Assembly: GCA_963815215.1 (NCBI GenBank)
Contig: CAWFFU010000010.1
Location: forward strand, 160,001-224,000
Source of the DNA: an uncultured Trueperaceae bacterium
GTDB lineage: Bacteria > Deinococcota > Deinococci > Deinococcales > Trueperaceae
Direction: 5' to 3'
DNA: 64,000 nt
Positions 1 to 9,605 of this stretch are shown one piece after another (the first letter of the stretch is position 1; each line of letters starts with the position of its first letter). The translations under genes and the position numbers were made by a program. The notes beneath the pieces are model-generated. The model made no database searches. It worked only from the letters and a program-made list of their open reading frames with translations, and was not told the DNA's origin.

Positions 1-35
1 TGTGGATGGCAGGGGCGCCCGCGGCGCCTCCCTTT

Positions 36-590
36 CTAGACCAGCTCGGCCTCCCAGCCTGCCCGGGCTGCGCCCCGCTCTAGCGCTTCGAGGTTCATGG
101 CCAGCAGGTTGCGCCGATGCGGCGGGATGACGTGGTCCAGGGTCGCCTTGATTTGCTCGAGCCCCACCACCGGCAGCCGCGCCAGCAGCGCGCCGACCAG
201 TACCAGGTTGGTGACCTTGCCGTCGCCCAGCGTGCGGGCGATGTCGTCGCCCGGGACCAGCACCACCTCGATGTCGGGGCGCTGCGGCCGGCGCTCGATG
301 ATCGAGCTGTTGACCACCAGCACCCCGCCGGGCTTGACCAGCGGCTCGTAGCGTTCGAGCGACGGCAGATTGAGGACGATGGCGGCGCGCGGGTTGCGCA
401 CCACCGGCGAGCCGATAGTGGCGTCGGAGACGATGGTGGTGCAGTGGGCGGTGCCGCCCCGCATCTCGGGGCCGTAGGAGGGGAACCAGGTGGTGTGCAG
501 GCCCGCGTCGAGCGCGGCGTAGGCCAGCAGCTGGCCGGCGAAGAGGGCGCCCTGGCCGCCGAAGCCGGAGATCACGATCTCGGTCTGCAT
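36..590 (-). CDS. 2-oxoacid:ferredoxin oxidoreductase gamma subunit
   Basis: Starts [23 protein letters not shown] and NLVLVGA motifs of the POR gamma family; ATG at 590 overlaps the upstream stop (TGATG). Confidence 0.92.
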   Translation of the reverse strand: MQTEIVISGFGGQGALFAGQLLAYAALDAGLHTTWFPSYGPEMRGGTAHCTTIVSDATIGSPVVRNPRAAIVLNLPSLERYEPLVKPGGVLVVNSSIIERRPQRPDIEVVLVPGDDIARTLGDGKVTNLVLVGALLARLPVVGLEQIKATLDHVIPPHRRNLLAMNLEALERGAARAGWEAELV

Positions 591-1399
591 CAGCGTGCCG
601 CCTTCCCGTTCCCGGAGGGCTGCGCCGCGGCCGTGGCCTGCGGGGCCTTGAACTCGCCCAACGGGTAGACCGGCACCATGGAGTCGCGGATGAAGTCGAG
701 CGCGCCCTGTGCGTCGAGGCCCCAGTTGGTGGGGCAGCTCGATAGCAGCTCGACCATCGCGAACCCCAGATCCTGCTGCTGCACTTCGAAGGCCTTGCGG
801 ATGGCCTTCTTGGCGCGCCGGATGTGCACCACGTCGTGGAGGCTCTGACGCGCCACGTAGACGGCGCCGTCGACCTGGGCGAGCAGTTCGCTCATCTTCA
901 ACGGGTAGCCCTGGGTCGCGACGTTGCGGCCCAGCGGCGAGGAGGTGGTGGCCTGCCCCACCAGCGTGGTGGGCGCCATCTGACCGCCGGTCATGCCGTA
1001 GATGGCGTTGTTGATGAAGATGACGGTGATCCTCTCGCCCCGTGCGGCCGCGTGCAGGATCTCGGCGGCGCCGATGGAAGCGAGGTCGCCGTCGCCCTGG
1101 TAGGTGAAGATCGTCTTGCCCGGGCTGGTGCGTTTGAGGCCCGTGGCCAGCGCCGGTGCGCGGCCGTGGGGCGCCTGTGCGAAGTCGACCGCGAAGTAGT
1201 TGTAGGCGAACACCGAGCAGCCGACCGACGCCACCCCGATGGTGGTCTCGCGCAACCCGAGCTCGTCGATCACCTCGGCCACCAGGCGGTGGGCGATGCC
1301 GTGGGTGCAGCCCGGGCAATAGTGGGTGGACGTCGGTGCCAGCGCCTCGGGGTAGCTCACCACCGGCGCCAGCGTGCGGCTGGGTGCCTGAACGCTCAT
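590..1399 (-). CDS. 2-oxoacid:ferredoxin oxidoreductase beta subunit (TPP-binding)
   Basis: HYCPGC, GCS, PHGRA, GDGD TPP motif, YGMTGGQ, CPTNW. Confidence 0.93.
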   Translation of the reverse strand: MSVQAPSRTLAPVVSYPEALAPTSTHYCPGCTHGIAHRLVAEVIDELGLRETTIGVASVGCSVFAYNYFAVDFAQAPHGRAPALATGLKRTSPGKTIFTYQGDGDLASIGAAEILHAAARGERITVIFINNAIYGMTGGQMAPTTLVGQATTSSPLGRNVATQGYPLKMSELLAQVDGAVYVARQSLHDVVHIRRAKKAIRKAFEVQQQDLGFAMVELLSSCPTNWGLDAQGALDFIRDSMVPVYPLGEFKAPQATAAAQPSGNGKAAR

Positions 1400-2478
1400 G
1401 CCACCGCCTCCTCGGGATGGAGCTCTCGCTGCAGGTCCCGGATGGCGCCCAGGACCTCCTCGGGCATCGGTACCACGCCGCCGGTGCGCCCGAAGAAGTG
1501 GATCGGCACGCGCTCGCGGGTGGCGCGGCGCACGTCGGTCAGCATCTGGCCGGCGTTCATCTCGACCACCAGGATGGCGTCGACCTCGTCGGCGAGGCGC
1601 AACAGCCGCTCCTCCGGGAAGGGGTAGAGGGTGATGGGCCGGAGCAGGCCCACCGCGGTCCCCTCGGCCCGCGCCGCCTCGATGGCGGTGAGCGACAGCC
1701 GGCCGGCGGTGCCGAAGGCGACCACCGCGATGCGGGCGTCCTCGAGGTACGTCTCGTCGAAGCGCACCTCGTGGCGTTCGATCTCGCGGTAGCTGGCCTG
1801 CAACTCCCGGTTGTACGCCTCTTCCTCCTCGGGGTCGAGGTAGATCGAGGTGATGGCGTGGGGCTCGCGGCCGTGGGCGCCGGTGAGGGCCCAGGCCGGG
1901 CGCGCCTCGACGGGTCGGGGCTCGGTCATCGGCGGCAGCTCGGCGGGCTCCATCATCTGGCCGAGGCTGCCGTCGGCCAGGACCACGGTGACGCAGCGGT
2001 AGCGCTCGGCCAGGTCGAAGGCCAGGACCGTGAGGTCGATGAGCTCCTGTACGGTGGCAGGTGCCAGCACGATCATGCGCATGTCGCCGTGGGGACCGCC
2101 CTTGACCATCTGGTTGTAGTCGCTCTGGGCGGGGGCGATGTTGCCGAGGCCGGGCCCGCCGCGCATGACGTCGACGATGACCACCGGGACGCGCGAGCCG
2201 GCGATGTAGGACAGACCCTCCATCATCAGGCTGACGCCCGGGCTGGACGACGAGGTCATGACGCGCACGCCGGCGGTGGCGGCGCCGTAGACCATGTTGA
2301 TGGCGGCCACCTCGCTCTCGGCCTGCACGAAGGTTCGACCCAGCTCGGGCATGCGCCTGGCCATGTGCTCGAGCGCCTCGGTCTGCGGCGTGATGGGGTA
2401 GCCGAAATAGGCTTCGCAGCCGGCACGGATGGCGGCCTCGGCGAAGGCGACGTTGCCCTTGAGGAGCTGGCGTGCCAT
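1396..2478 (-). CDS. vorB: 2-oxoacid:ferredoxin oxidoreductase alpha subunit (VorB-like)
   Basis: Starts [47 protein letters not shown] motifs. Confidence 0.9.
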   Translation of the reverse strand: MARQLLKGNVAFAEAAIRAGCEAYFGYPITPQTEALEHMARRMPELGRTFVQAESEVAAINMVYGAATAGVRVMTSSSSPGVSLMMEGLSYIAGSRVPVVIVDVMRGGPGLGNIAPAQSDYNQMVKGGPHGDMRMIVLAPATVQELIDLTVLAFDLAERYRCVTVVLADGSLGQMMEPAELPPMTEPRPVEARPAWALTGAHGREPHAITSIYLDPEEEEAYNRELQASYREIERHEVRFDETYLEDARIAVVAFGTAGRLSLTAIEAARAEGTAVGLLRPITLYPFPEERLLRLADEVDAILVVEMNAGQMLTDVRRATRERVPIHFFGRTGGVVPMPEEVLGAIRDLQRELHPEEAVA

Positions 2479-2702
2479 CAGGCGGCCGCTCGCTCGCGGT
2501 AGACGGTGAAGGCGGCTTCCGGGCAGATCACGGAGCACAGCTCGCAGCCGGTGCACAGGCCGTCGGGATCGGTCAGCTCCACCGGGTGGTAGCCGCGCGC
2601 GCTGAACCGCGTGGAGAGCGCGAGCAGACCCTTGGGGCACACCCCGGTACAGAGCCCGCAGCCCTTGCACAACGATTCGTCGACGGAAACGGTACCCTTC
2701 AT
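2478..2702 (-). CDS. 2x[4Fe-4S] ferredoxin, oxidoreductase delta subunit
   Basis: 74 aa with [12 protein letters not shown] and [22 protein letters not shown] upstream. Confidence 0.92.
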   Translation of the reverse strand: MKGTVSVDESLCKGCGLCTGVCPKGLLALSTRFSARGYHPVELTDPDGLCTGCELCSVICPEAAFTVYRERAAA

Positions 2703-2730
2703 GGGTCCCTCCTCGCTTGTCTGTTGCCTA

Positions 2731-2777
2731 ACGGTAGCGCCGTCGAGGTGGGCCTTTTGTCCCAACACGGTACAAAA
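2731..2777 (-). promoter_or_regulatory. Putative promoter of the oxidoreductase operon with upstream inverted repeat
   Basis: -10-like TACCGT (2731-2736, minus strand); TTTTGT-N11-ACAAAA inverted repeat at 2755-2777. Confidence 0.45.
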
Positions 2778-2875
2778 CCGGGATCGACATGCCGCGCGCG
2801 GTCGAGCCGGGACGCCTCGCGCGACCCGGCGGCGCAGCGTTCGTGGCGACCGGCGTGAGGGCGGCGGGCCCGAAG

Positions 2876-4600
2876 TCAGGCCCGGTCCGGCGTCCGGTCG
2901 CTCGGGCCGGTCCGGCGGGCGCGCAGGCGGTTGGCGAGCGCCAGCCGCAACTCGCCCCACGCTCCCACCGGCGAGTCGGCGATGGCCACGGCCTCCAGCG
3001 CTCTCAGCACCCCGACGCCGGGAGGGTGGGCCAGGTAGCGCGGCTCCCAGTCGGGATGGAACTTGCTCTTGAACACGTGCAGGCCCTTGAAGTTGTACAG
3101 GGCGTTGCCGCGCTCGAAGACCGTCGCGAGCGCGCGCTCGGTGAGCGGCGCCCGCGCCGAGGCGTCGAGCCCGCTCAGCGCCGACAGGCCGAGGTCCGCC
3201 CGCTCCACCCCTTGCTCGCGCAAGCGTTCCAGGAGCCGCACGAACAGGAACAGCATGGTCTCGGAGGGCGCGCCGTCGACGAAGCGCATGAGGTCGACCG
3301 CCAGCCCGGAGCGGCCGTACTCGGGGATGAGGTTCACGAACGCCTGCACCGCGGCGTCGGGTCCTTCCACGGTGACCACCGGGCAGCCGGCGATGTAGGC
3401 CTCGTCGTAGCGGCCCAGCGAGAAGTCCTTCTCGGAGGTACGCCGGCTCCGCAGCCACGCCGCGGACACGGCGGCCAGGGCGTGCAGGCGTTCGGGCGGT
3501 TGCGGCGGGTCGTGCCACACCACCCGGTACCCCTCCCGGTCCATCCGGTTCACGCCGGCGCGCAGGTTCTTGTTGCGGGCACCGGAGAGGGTGAACGACG
3601 CCAGCGCGACGACCGCCTGCTGGCCGATGAGGGTGGTCTGCAGGCCGGCGGCCCGGTAGTGCGCCCGGGCGTCGGGCCGTACCTGGTAGAAGACCGGTCG
3701 CCAGGCGCGCTCCCGGCAGAAGCTCACGAACGCGGCGGCCGCGGCGGCGGCGTCCTCGTCCGGGCCGATCGGGTCGCCCAGCGCCAGCCCGACGTTGCCG
3801 ACCGGCTTGTAGGCGACGACCGATCCGCCTGGGGTGAACAGGTACTGCTTGTTGCCCAGCAGGGCGATGTGGGCCAGGCTGGAGCGACCGTGCGCATCGA
3901 CGATGGCCTGCGCAGCCCGGCGCTCCGGCTCGCCGGCGCGGTCGCGTTCCACCACCGGCCGCAGGGCCATCACCACGGCGGTTCCGAGGCTGGCCGCCGC
4001 CAGCAGGTAGATGCTGTCGAGGAAGAAGTGCGCCAGCCGCGTGTGCGGCAGGGGAGGGGCGCCGAAGGTGAACATCGAGACGGTGGCCGACAGTGCCTGC
4101 GGGAGGCTCAGCCGCAGGTGGAACTCGCGGTCGAGTGCGTCGTAGCCGAGGGTGCCGTAGAGCAGCGTCACGAACACCGCCAACGCCAGCACGCGCAGCG
4201 CCATGCGCGCCGTCGGGTGGTCGTGGCGCGCCACGAACTGGTGCCGGCCCAGCAACAACAGGCCGAGCATCAGCAGGCTGACGGCGGCCGCCTCGAGCTC
4301 GAGCCCCTTGAGCAAGTTGGCCAGCGTGCCCAGGCTCAGTACCGCCACGCTCAACCACCAGGCGTTGCGTTGCCGTCGTGCCAGCCCGCGCGCCAGGACC
4401 AGCAGGGCGAAGCCTGCCAGGCCGGCGGCGAGACGGCTGGCGGCGCGGTACTCGAACGGGACCACGGCCCGTAGCAGGTCGAGGCGTTCGGGCACGACGG
4501 CCTTGGCCGCCGACCAGATGTCGACCAGACCCACCGCGAACACCAGCAGCACCGCCAGCCGCACCCACCCGCCGGCGGCGAGGTGAAGGCCCCGCCTCAC
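2876..4600 (-). CDS. MprF/LysX-like aminoacyl-phospholipid synthase (DUF2156 domain, short membrane region)
   Basis: About 6 hydrophobic segments, then LALGDPIG, EKDFSLG, VDLMR, YNFKGLHVFKSKFHPDWEPRYL. Confidence 0.88.
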   Translation of the reverse strand: MRRGLHLAAGGWVRLAVLLVFAVGLVDIWSAAKAVVPERLDLLRAVVPFEYRAASRLAAGLAGFALLVLARGLARRQRNAWWLSVAVLSLGTLANLLKGLELEAAAVSLLMLGLLLLGRHQFVARHDHPTARMALRVLALAVFVTLLYGTLGYDALDREFHLRLSLPQALSATVSMFTFGAPPLPHTRLAHFFLDSIYLLAAASLGTAVVMALRPVVERDRAGEPERRAAQAIVDAHGRSSLAHIALLGNKQYLFTPGGSVVAYKPVGNVGLALGDPIGPDEDAAAAAAAFVSFCRERAWRPVFYQVRPDARAHYRAAGLQTTLIGQQAVVALASFTLSGARNKNLRAGVNRMDREGYRVVWHDPPQPPERLHALAAVSAAWLRSRRTSEKDFSLGRYDEAYIAGCPVVTVEGPDAAVQAFVNLIPEYGRSGLAVDLMRFVDGAPSETMLFLFVRLLERLREQGVERADLGLSALSGLDASARAPLTERALATVFERGNALYNFKGLHVFKSKFHPDWEPRYLAHPPGVGVLRALEAVAIADSPVGAWGELRLALANRLRARRTGPSDRTPDRA

Positions 4601-4648
4601 GGTGCTCGCCTCACGGTGCTCGCCTCACGATGTTCGCCTCACGGTGCC
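4593..4648. repeat. 4 x 14-bp tandem repeat at the gene junction
   Basis: cgcctcacggtgct x2, cgcctcacgatgtt, cgcctcacggtgcc; each unit carries GTGA on the minus strand. Confidence 0.95.
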
Positions 4649-5298
4649 TGCCTCGCGCCGCGGCGCGCGCGCGCACCCAGCAGCCAGCCGAGCGCGCCGC
4701 CGTAGACGACCGTGAAGAGGTGCTCGGCGCCGGCGTTGACGTCGCGCCCCGGCACGCCATGCGCCGTCGCCGCGGCGAGCCAGCCCACCGCCGTGACGAC
4801 CGCGAAGGCGGGCACAAGCCAGCGCCAGCGCGGCGTCATCGCCAGGGCCAGCGCCAGCGCCCCGAAGTAGCCGGCCGACGCGCCGACGTCGCGAGCGTTG
4901 CGTACCAGCCCAGCGGTGGGCGGCAGCACGTAGAGTAGCGCCAGCGTCAGGAACGACAGCACGTGTAGTCCCAGGAACGCCAGGGCCGCCCACCAGCTGC
5001 CCGCTCGGCGTTCGAGCAGGCCCACCCCGAGGCCGGTCAGGGCCAGCGCCTGCAGCAGGCTCCAGGGGTCGGTGGTGAACCAGGCGGCGCCGAGGAGGCG
5101 CAGTAGATCCAGCGAGAGTCCGTCGGTCGGTCGGAATCCGGCATCGTGGATCACGTAGCGCGGCACCGCGTGCCAGGCGCTGCCGGTCAGCAGGCCGACC
5201 ACGACGAGCACGAGGAGCAACGTCAGCGTGACGGGATAGCGCCGTAGGCCGCGGAGCCTGGGAGGGGTACGAGAGGAGGGTAGGCCCGAGGACGCCAT
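4639..5298 (-). CDS. Rhomboid-like membrane protein
   Basis: YPVTLTLL start of first TM, multiple TM helices, DVGASAG (GxS) and AEH motifs; TATCCT 8 nt upstream of ATG 5298. Start uncertain. Confidence 0.7.
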   Translation of the reverse strand: MASSGLPSSRTPPRLRGLRRYPVTLTLLLVLVVVGLLTGSAWHAVPRYVIHDAGFRPTDGLSLDLLRLLGAAWFTTDPWSLLQALALTGLGVGLLERRAGSWWAALAFLGLHVLSFLTLALLYVLPPTAGLVRNARDVGASAGYFGALALALAMTPRWRWLVPAFAVVTAVGWLAAATAHGVPGRDVNAGAEHLFTVVYGGALGWLLGARARRGARQAP

Positions 5299-5405
5299 CC
5301 ACCGCCAGGATAAGCCCCGCCCGCTCCCCGAATCGGGCCGGAGACGACCGTGAGGGCGTGTCTGGGGCGTGCCGAGCCGGCGATGAGCGTGGTATGTCGG
5401 TAGGC

Positions 5406-6209
5406 ATGAGCGAGGCGGCGCTAGGCAGTCCGTGGTGGGGCGAGATGGAGCTGACGCCGGGGGAGCTTCGCCACTGGCACGTTGGACCCTACCGACTGTG
5501 GGTGCGGGCGATGGCACTGGAGTGGCGCCTGTGGAGCCTGTCGAGCGTCGAGGCCATGGCCGAGGAGATGGTGCTCGGCGCCGAGGCGCAGGACGGCGAG
5601 GTGCCGGCCGAGGCGGTGCTCACCCGGGTGGGGTTGAACTCGGCGCGTCCGGTCCTCGAGCTGCGGCCGGCGCTGGCCGACCGCGACGTGGTGGTGCGCC
5701 CCGACACCCCGGTGGTGGTGCCGGGCGGGGCGAGGCTCGAGCTCTACGTCACCACGCCGGTGTGGGTCATCGTGCGTGCCGGCGGGGGCGTGCCGCTCCT
5801 CGATGAGCCCAGCCTCCGCCTCTCCGATACCTGGTTCGGCCCCAACACGCTGGAGGGGGAGCTTGCCTACGCCATCCGCACGGCGGCGAGGCTCGATCTC
5901 GAGGAGCTGCCGCGCCGCCCGCACCGGGCCATCACCAAGGTGGTCGTCGTCAACGGAGCGCGCGAGGCGCTGGTGCTCGAGAAGCTCAAGGTGCCGGTCG
6001 CCGGCCTGGTGCTCTACACGTCCCAGGGCAGCGGACTGTGGACCGACCAGGTCACGCTCGAGCGCAAGCAAGGGAGTGGCGTGGCCGAGGCATCGGTGGG
6101 CGCCGGGCCGAACGTACCGGGCGTGGACGCCGAGCGCATCGCCGAGCCCCGCGTCACGACGCCGTCACGCTTCTCGCTGAACGCCTTCGGGCGGCTGCTG
6201 GGCGTGTGA
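5406..6209 (+). CDS. Hypothetical protein, possibly DUF432-like
   Basis: Coding-like composition (LSDTWFGPNTLEGELAY); directly upstream of MscS. Family call tentative. Confidence 0.65.
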   Translation: MSEAALGSPWWGEMELTPGELRHWHVGPYRLWVRAMALEWRLWSLSSVEAMAEEMVLGAEAQDGEVPAEAVLTRVGLNSARPVLELRPALADRDVVVRPDTPVVVPGGARLELYVTTPVWVIVRAGGGVPLLDEPSLRLSDTWFGPNTLEGELAYAIRTAARLDLEELPRRPHRAITKVVVVNGAREALVLEKLKVPVAGLVLYTSQGSGLWTDQVTLERKQGSGVAEASVGAGPNVPGVDAERIAEPRVTTPSRFSLNAFGRLLGV

Positions 6210-6222
6210 GGAGGGAGGGAAG

Positions 6223-7122
6223 GTGGGCTGGCTCACATCGACGCTACATCTCCAGGTGACCCCTGCGCAGGTGGCGGCCGCCGTCCGCGCCGGGGTCTAC
6301 GTGGTGCTGGGGATCGGACTGGCGCGCCTGACCGCCGTCACCGTCACCCGCGCCACGCGCCACATGGGTGCCCAGGAGCGGGTGCTCCTCCGGCGGCTGG
6401 CGAGCTACGCCGTCCTGGCGCTGTTCCTGGCATCCGCGCTGAGGGAGGCGGGTTTCCGCTTCGATGTGCTGCTCGGCGCCGCCGGCATCCTCACGGTGGC
6501 GGTCGGGTTCGCCTCACAGACGTCGGCCTCGAACATGATCTCGGGCCTGTTCCTGATGTTGGAACGCTCCATCGCCATCGGTGACGTGATCAACGTCAGC
6601 GGCACGGTCGGCGAGGTGCTGTCGGTCGACCTGCTGTCCACTCGCCTGCGCACCTTCGACAACTTGATGGTGCGCATCCCCAACCAGACCATGGTCACCA
6701 CCCTGATCACCAACTACAACCGGTTGCCGATCCGACGTTTCGACCTGCAGGTGGGGGTGGCGTACAAGGAGGACCTGGCCAAGGTCGAACAGGCGCTGCT
6801 CGACATCGCCGATCGCGACCCGCTGTGCCTCGAGGATCCGGCGCCGCTGTTGATCGCCATGGGCTTCGGGGCTTCGTCGATCAACTACCAGCTCTCGGTC
6901 TGGGCCAAGCGCGAGAACTGGCTCGAGCTGCGCAACCGCATCACCCGTGAGGTGAAGGCGGGCTTCGACGAGCTCGGGATCGAGCTCCCGTTCCCCCACG
7001 TGTCCCTCTACACCGGCAGCGTCACCGAGCCGTTCCCGGTGATGGTGACGAACCCGGCGGCCGTGACGGGCGCATCCGCTCCGTCCGGCGCCGCCACCAC
7101 GCCCCCGGAGGCCGAAGCATGA
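6223..7122 (+). CDS. mscS: Small-conductance mechanosensitive channel (MscS family)
   Basis: AVGFASQTSASNMISG, GDVI, RIPN, GIELPFP motifs; GGAGG RBS before GTG. Confidence 0.92.
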   Translation: MGWLTSTLHLQVTPAQVAAAVRAGVYVVLGIGLARLTAVTVTRATRHMGAQERVLLRRLASYAVLALFLASALREAGFRFDVLLGAAGILTVAVGFASQTSASNMISGLFLMLERSIAIGDVINVSGTVGEVLSVDLLSTRLRTFDNLMVRIPNQTMVTTLITNYNRLPIRRFDLQVGVAYKEDLAKVEQALLDIADRDPLCLEDPAPLLIAMGFGASSINYQLSVWAKRENWLELRNRITREVKAGFDELGIELPFPHVSLYTGSVTEPFPVMVTNPAAVTGASAPSGAATTPPEAEA

Positions 7123-7949
7123 GCGCACCTGGTCCGAGTACTGGCGACTTCCCTAGGGAGCCGCGGGTCTGGTACGTGACCTTCCCGACTCTCCACGCCG
7201 AGCCGTTGAGGGTGGCCGGGCAGCTCCGCATCCCGCAGGACGTTCCCGGCCCGCTCCCGGCCGTGGTGATCGTGCACGGCTCGTTCGGCGTCGACGGCCG
7301 CGGCGCCGCCATGGCGGAGGCCCTGAACGCCGCGGGGATCGCCACGCTGGAGATCGACATGTGGAGCCCACGCAGCCTGGTGGGCGCGCTGTCACGTCCG
7401 GAGCACGCCGCCGAGACCTTGCCCGACGCCTTCGGAGCACTTCGCTACCTGGCGGGCCGCCCCGAGATCGACGGAGACCGGGTCGGCATCACCGGCTTCT
7501 CGTGGGGTGGCGGGGTGTCGATGCTGACCGCCACCCGCCGCTACGTGCGGCAGATCGTCGGCGAGGGGGGTGAGCGCTTCGCGGCGCACGCGCCCTTCTA
7601 CCCGGTGTGCTGGGCCTACAACCACCGTCCGGGGTACGAGTTCTCGGGCCTCACGGGCGCGCCGGTGCTGCTGCAGGCCGGGGCGGAGGACACCTACGAT
7701 CGGCCCTCCGGCTGCCCGGACCTGGTGGCGGCGCTGCCGGAGGAGGACCGGAGGCACGTGCGCGTGATCGTGTACGAGGGTGCCACCCACGCCTTCGACC
7801 GCCCGGGACCCGCCGTCACGGTCAACGATCCGCATGCTCACGAAGGGGAGGGCGGCGAGGTCACGTTCGCGCCGAACCCGGAGGTGACGGCGCGGGCGCA
7901 CCGCGAGACGGCGGCGTTCTTCTCGAAGGTGCTCGCTCCTCGCGGCTGA
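7119..7949 (+). CDS. Dienelactone-hydrolase-family alpha/beta hydrolase
   Basis: VIVHGS, GFSWGG nucleophile elbow, [17 protein letters not shown] overlap with mscS. Confidence 0.85.
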   Translation: MSAPGPSTGDFPREPRVWYVTFPTLHAEPLRVAGQLRIPQDVPGPLPAVVIVHGSFGVDGRGAAMAEALNAAGIATLEIDMWSPRSLVGALSRPEHAAETLPDAFGALRYLAGRPEIDGDRVGITGFSWGGGVSMLTATRRYVRQIVGEGGERFAAHAPFYPVCWAYNHRPGYEFSGLTGAPVLLQAGAEDTYDRPSGCPDLVAALPEEDRRHVRVIVYEGATHAFDRPGPAVTVNDPHAHEGEGGEVTFAPNPEVTARAHRETAAFFSKVLAPRG

Positions 7950-8067
7950 GCGCCCCGCAAGGCGGCCGGCCGTCACCGACCCTGCCGGGCGAGCGGGGGA
8001 CGGCCGTCCCTCGCGGGCCTTCCACCCTCACCGCTACGGTGTCGAGAGGGGGTGGAAGGAGGCCGGC

Positions 8068-9053
8068 ATGCCCGGTGACACGCCGATGGTGGATCGAGCA
8101 GAGAGCGGGAAGTCGGTATCTCCGGCACCGGGTCCGGCCCTGCGCGTCGAAGGCCTGACCAAGCGCTTCGGTGAGGTGATCGCCGTCGACGAGCTCACGC
8201 TCGAGGTGCCGCGCGGCACAGTGTTCGGCTTCCTGGGGCCGAACGGCGCCGGCAAGACCACCACCATCGGGATGCTGCTGGGCCTGGTGCACCCCACGCG
8301 CGGCCGCGTGGAGGTGCTCGGTGGCGCGTGCGGCCGGGGGATCTTACTGCGCTGCGACGGGTCGGAGCCCTGGTGGGCGCCCCCGCGCTGATCCCGTCGT
8401 TCAGCGCCCGGCGCAACCTGGCGTTGCTGGCGGGCCTGGCGCCGGGGCACGACGGACGGGCCGCCATCGACGCCGCCCTGCGGCGCGTGGGTCTGGGCGA
8501 GTCCGCGCACCGGAGGGCGGGCACCTTCTCGACGGGCATGAAACAACGCCTCGGGCTGGCCATGGCCCTGATCGAGGAGCCCGACCTGCTCATCCTCGAC
8601 GAGCCCACCAGTGGAATGGATGCGGCGGCGCGCCGCGAGGTCAAGAACCTGCTGCGGGAGGTCGCGGCCGAAGGCGTCACCGTCTTCCTGAGTAGCCACC
8701 TGTTGCACGAGATCGAACAGGTGTGCGACGAGGTCGCCGTGCTCGACCGGGGACGGCTGGTGACCCGCGGCACGGTGGCGTCGCTGCTGCCCGACGCCAA
8801 CATGGTGCGCGTACGCGTGGACGACCCGGCTGCCGCGGGGCGGCGCCTGGAGGAACTGGAGGGCGTCACACGTCTCGACCCCAACGGCTCCTACCTCGAG
8901 GTCGAGGGGGTCGACCCGCAACGCCTGGTCGCATTCCTGGTGGGCGCGGGCCACGTGCCGAGCGAAGTGACGAGCGGCCGGCCCGACCTGGAGACGCTCT
9001 TCTTACAGCTCACCGCCCCTGAAGAGGGCGCACGGACGGGAGTGGAGGCGTGA
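8068..9053 (+). pseudogene. ABC-2 type exporter ATPase, frameshifted near 8320-8328
   Basis: Walker [10 protein letters not shown] in frame 8068; FSTGMKQR, LLILDEPTSG and SSH in frame 8328. One base appears missing (real lesion or sequencing error). Confidence 0.85.
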
Positions 9054-9580
9054 TCGTGCTGACCTCGGCCGAACTCACCAAGCTCTTCCGGAGGCCGCCG
9101 CTGTGGCTGGCCCGGGGGGTGGCCCGCGGGCCGCTGCTGCTGGCGCGCTTCCTGGCGACCCTCCCGGCACTGCTGCTGGTCGCGCTGGTAGTCGTGGCGG
9201 TCGGCCTCCTGCTGTCGCTCGGCCACCTCGATGCCGCGCTTCTCGCCAGCCACCTCACCCTCGGCGGCCTCGCCCTGGCGGTGCTGGCCATGGCGTTCGG
9301 CGCGCTGCCGTACGTGGCGCTCTCGCTGGGTCTGGCGGTGGGGACCCGCGCCGTGGCGGTGCCGGTCGGCGGCGTGCTGTTGCTGGCGCTGCTGGTCGAG
9401 CCGATCGTGGGCCAGCTGGCACCGGGGGTCGGCGCCTACCTGCCGTCGTCGCTGAGCCGGACGCTGCTCGCCGGAGGCGGGGACGGGAGCCTGGCGGCGG
9501 GCCTCCTCATCGCCCTGTACACGGCGGTCCTGCTGGCCGTCGCGGTGGCGACCTTCCGGCGCCAGGACCTGACCGGGTGA
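9050..9580 (+). CDS. ABC-2 type permease, apparently internally deleted
   Basis: N-terminal AELTKLFRRP joins directly to LARGVARGPLLLARFL; YLP and FRRQDL C-terminus; only 176 aa. Confidence 0.7.
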   Translation: MIVLTSAELTKLFRRPPLWLARGVARGPLLLARFLATLPALLLVALVVVAVGLLLSLGHLDAALLASHLTLGGLALAVLAMAFGALPYVALSLGLAVGTRAVAVPVGGVLLLALLVEPIVGQLAPGVGAYLPSSLSRTLLAGGGDGSLAAGLLIALYTAVLLAVAVATFRRQDLTG

Positions 9581-9605
9581 CCCCAGGGCGCCAGGCGGCA
9601 GACCG

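Noticed and set aside
4593..4648. Junction repeats as a mini-CRISPR
   Set aside because: Contiguous 14-bp units without spacers; no cas genes.
7957..7975. gcaaggcggccggccgtca resembling a rifamycin-associated element
   Set aside because: Right arm is not palindromic and it is far from the RPH-like gene.
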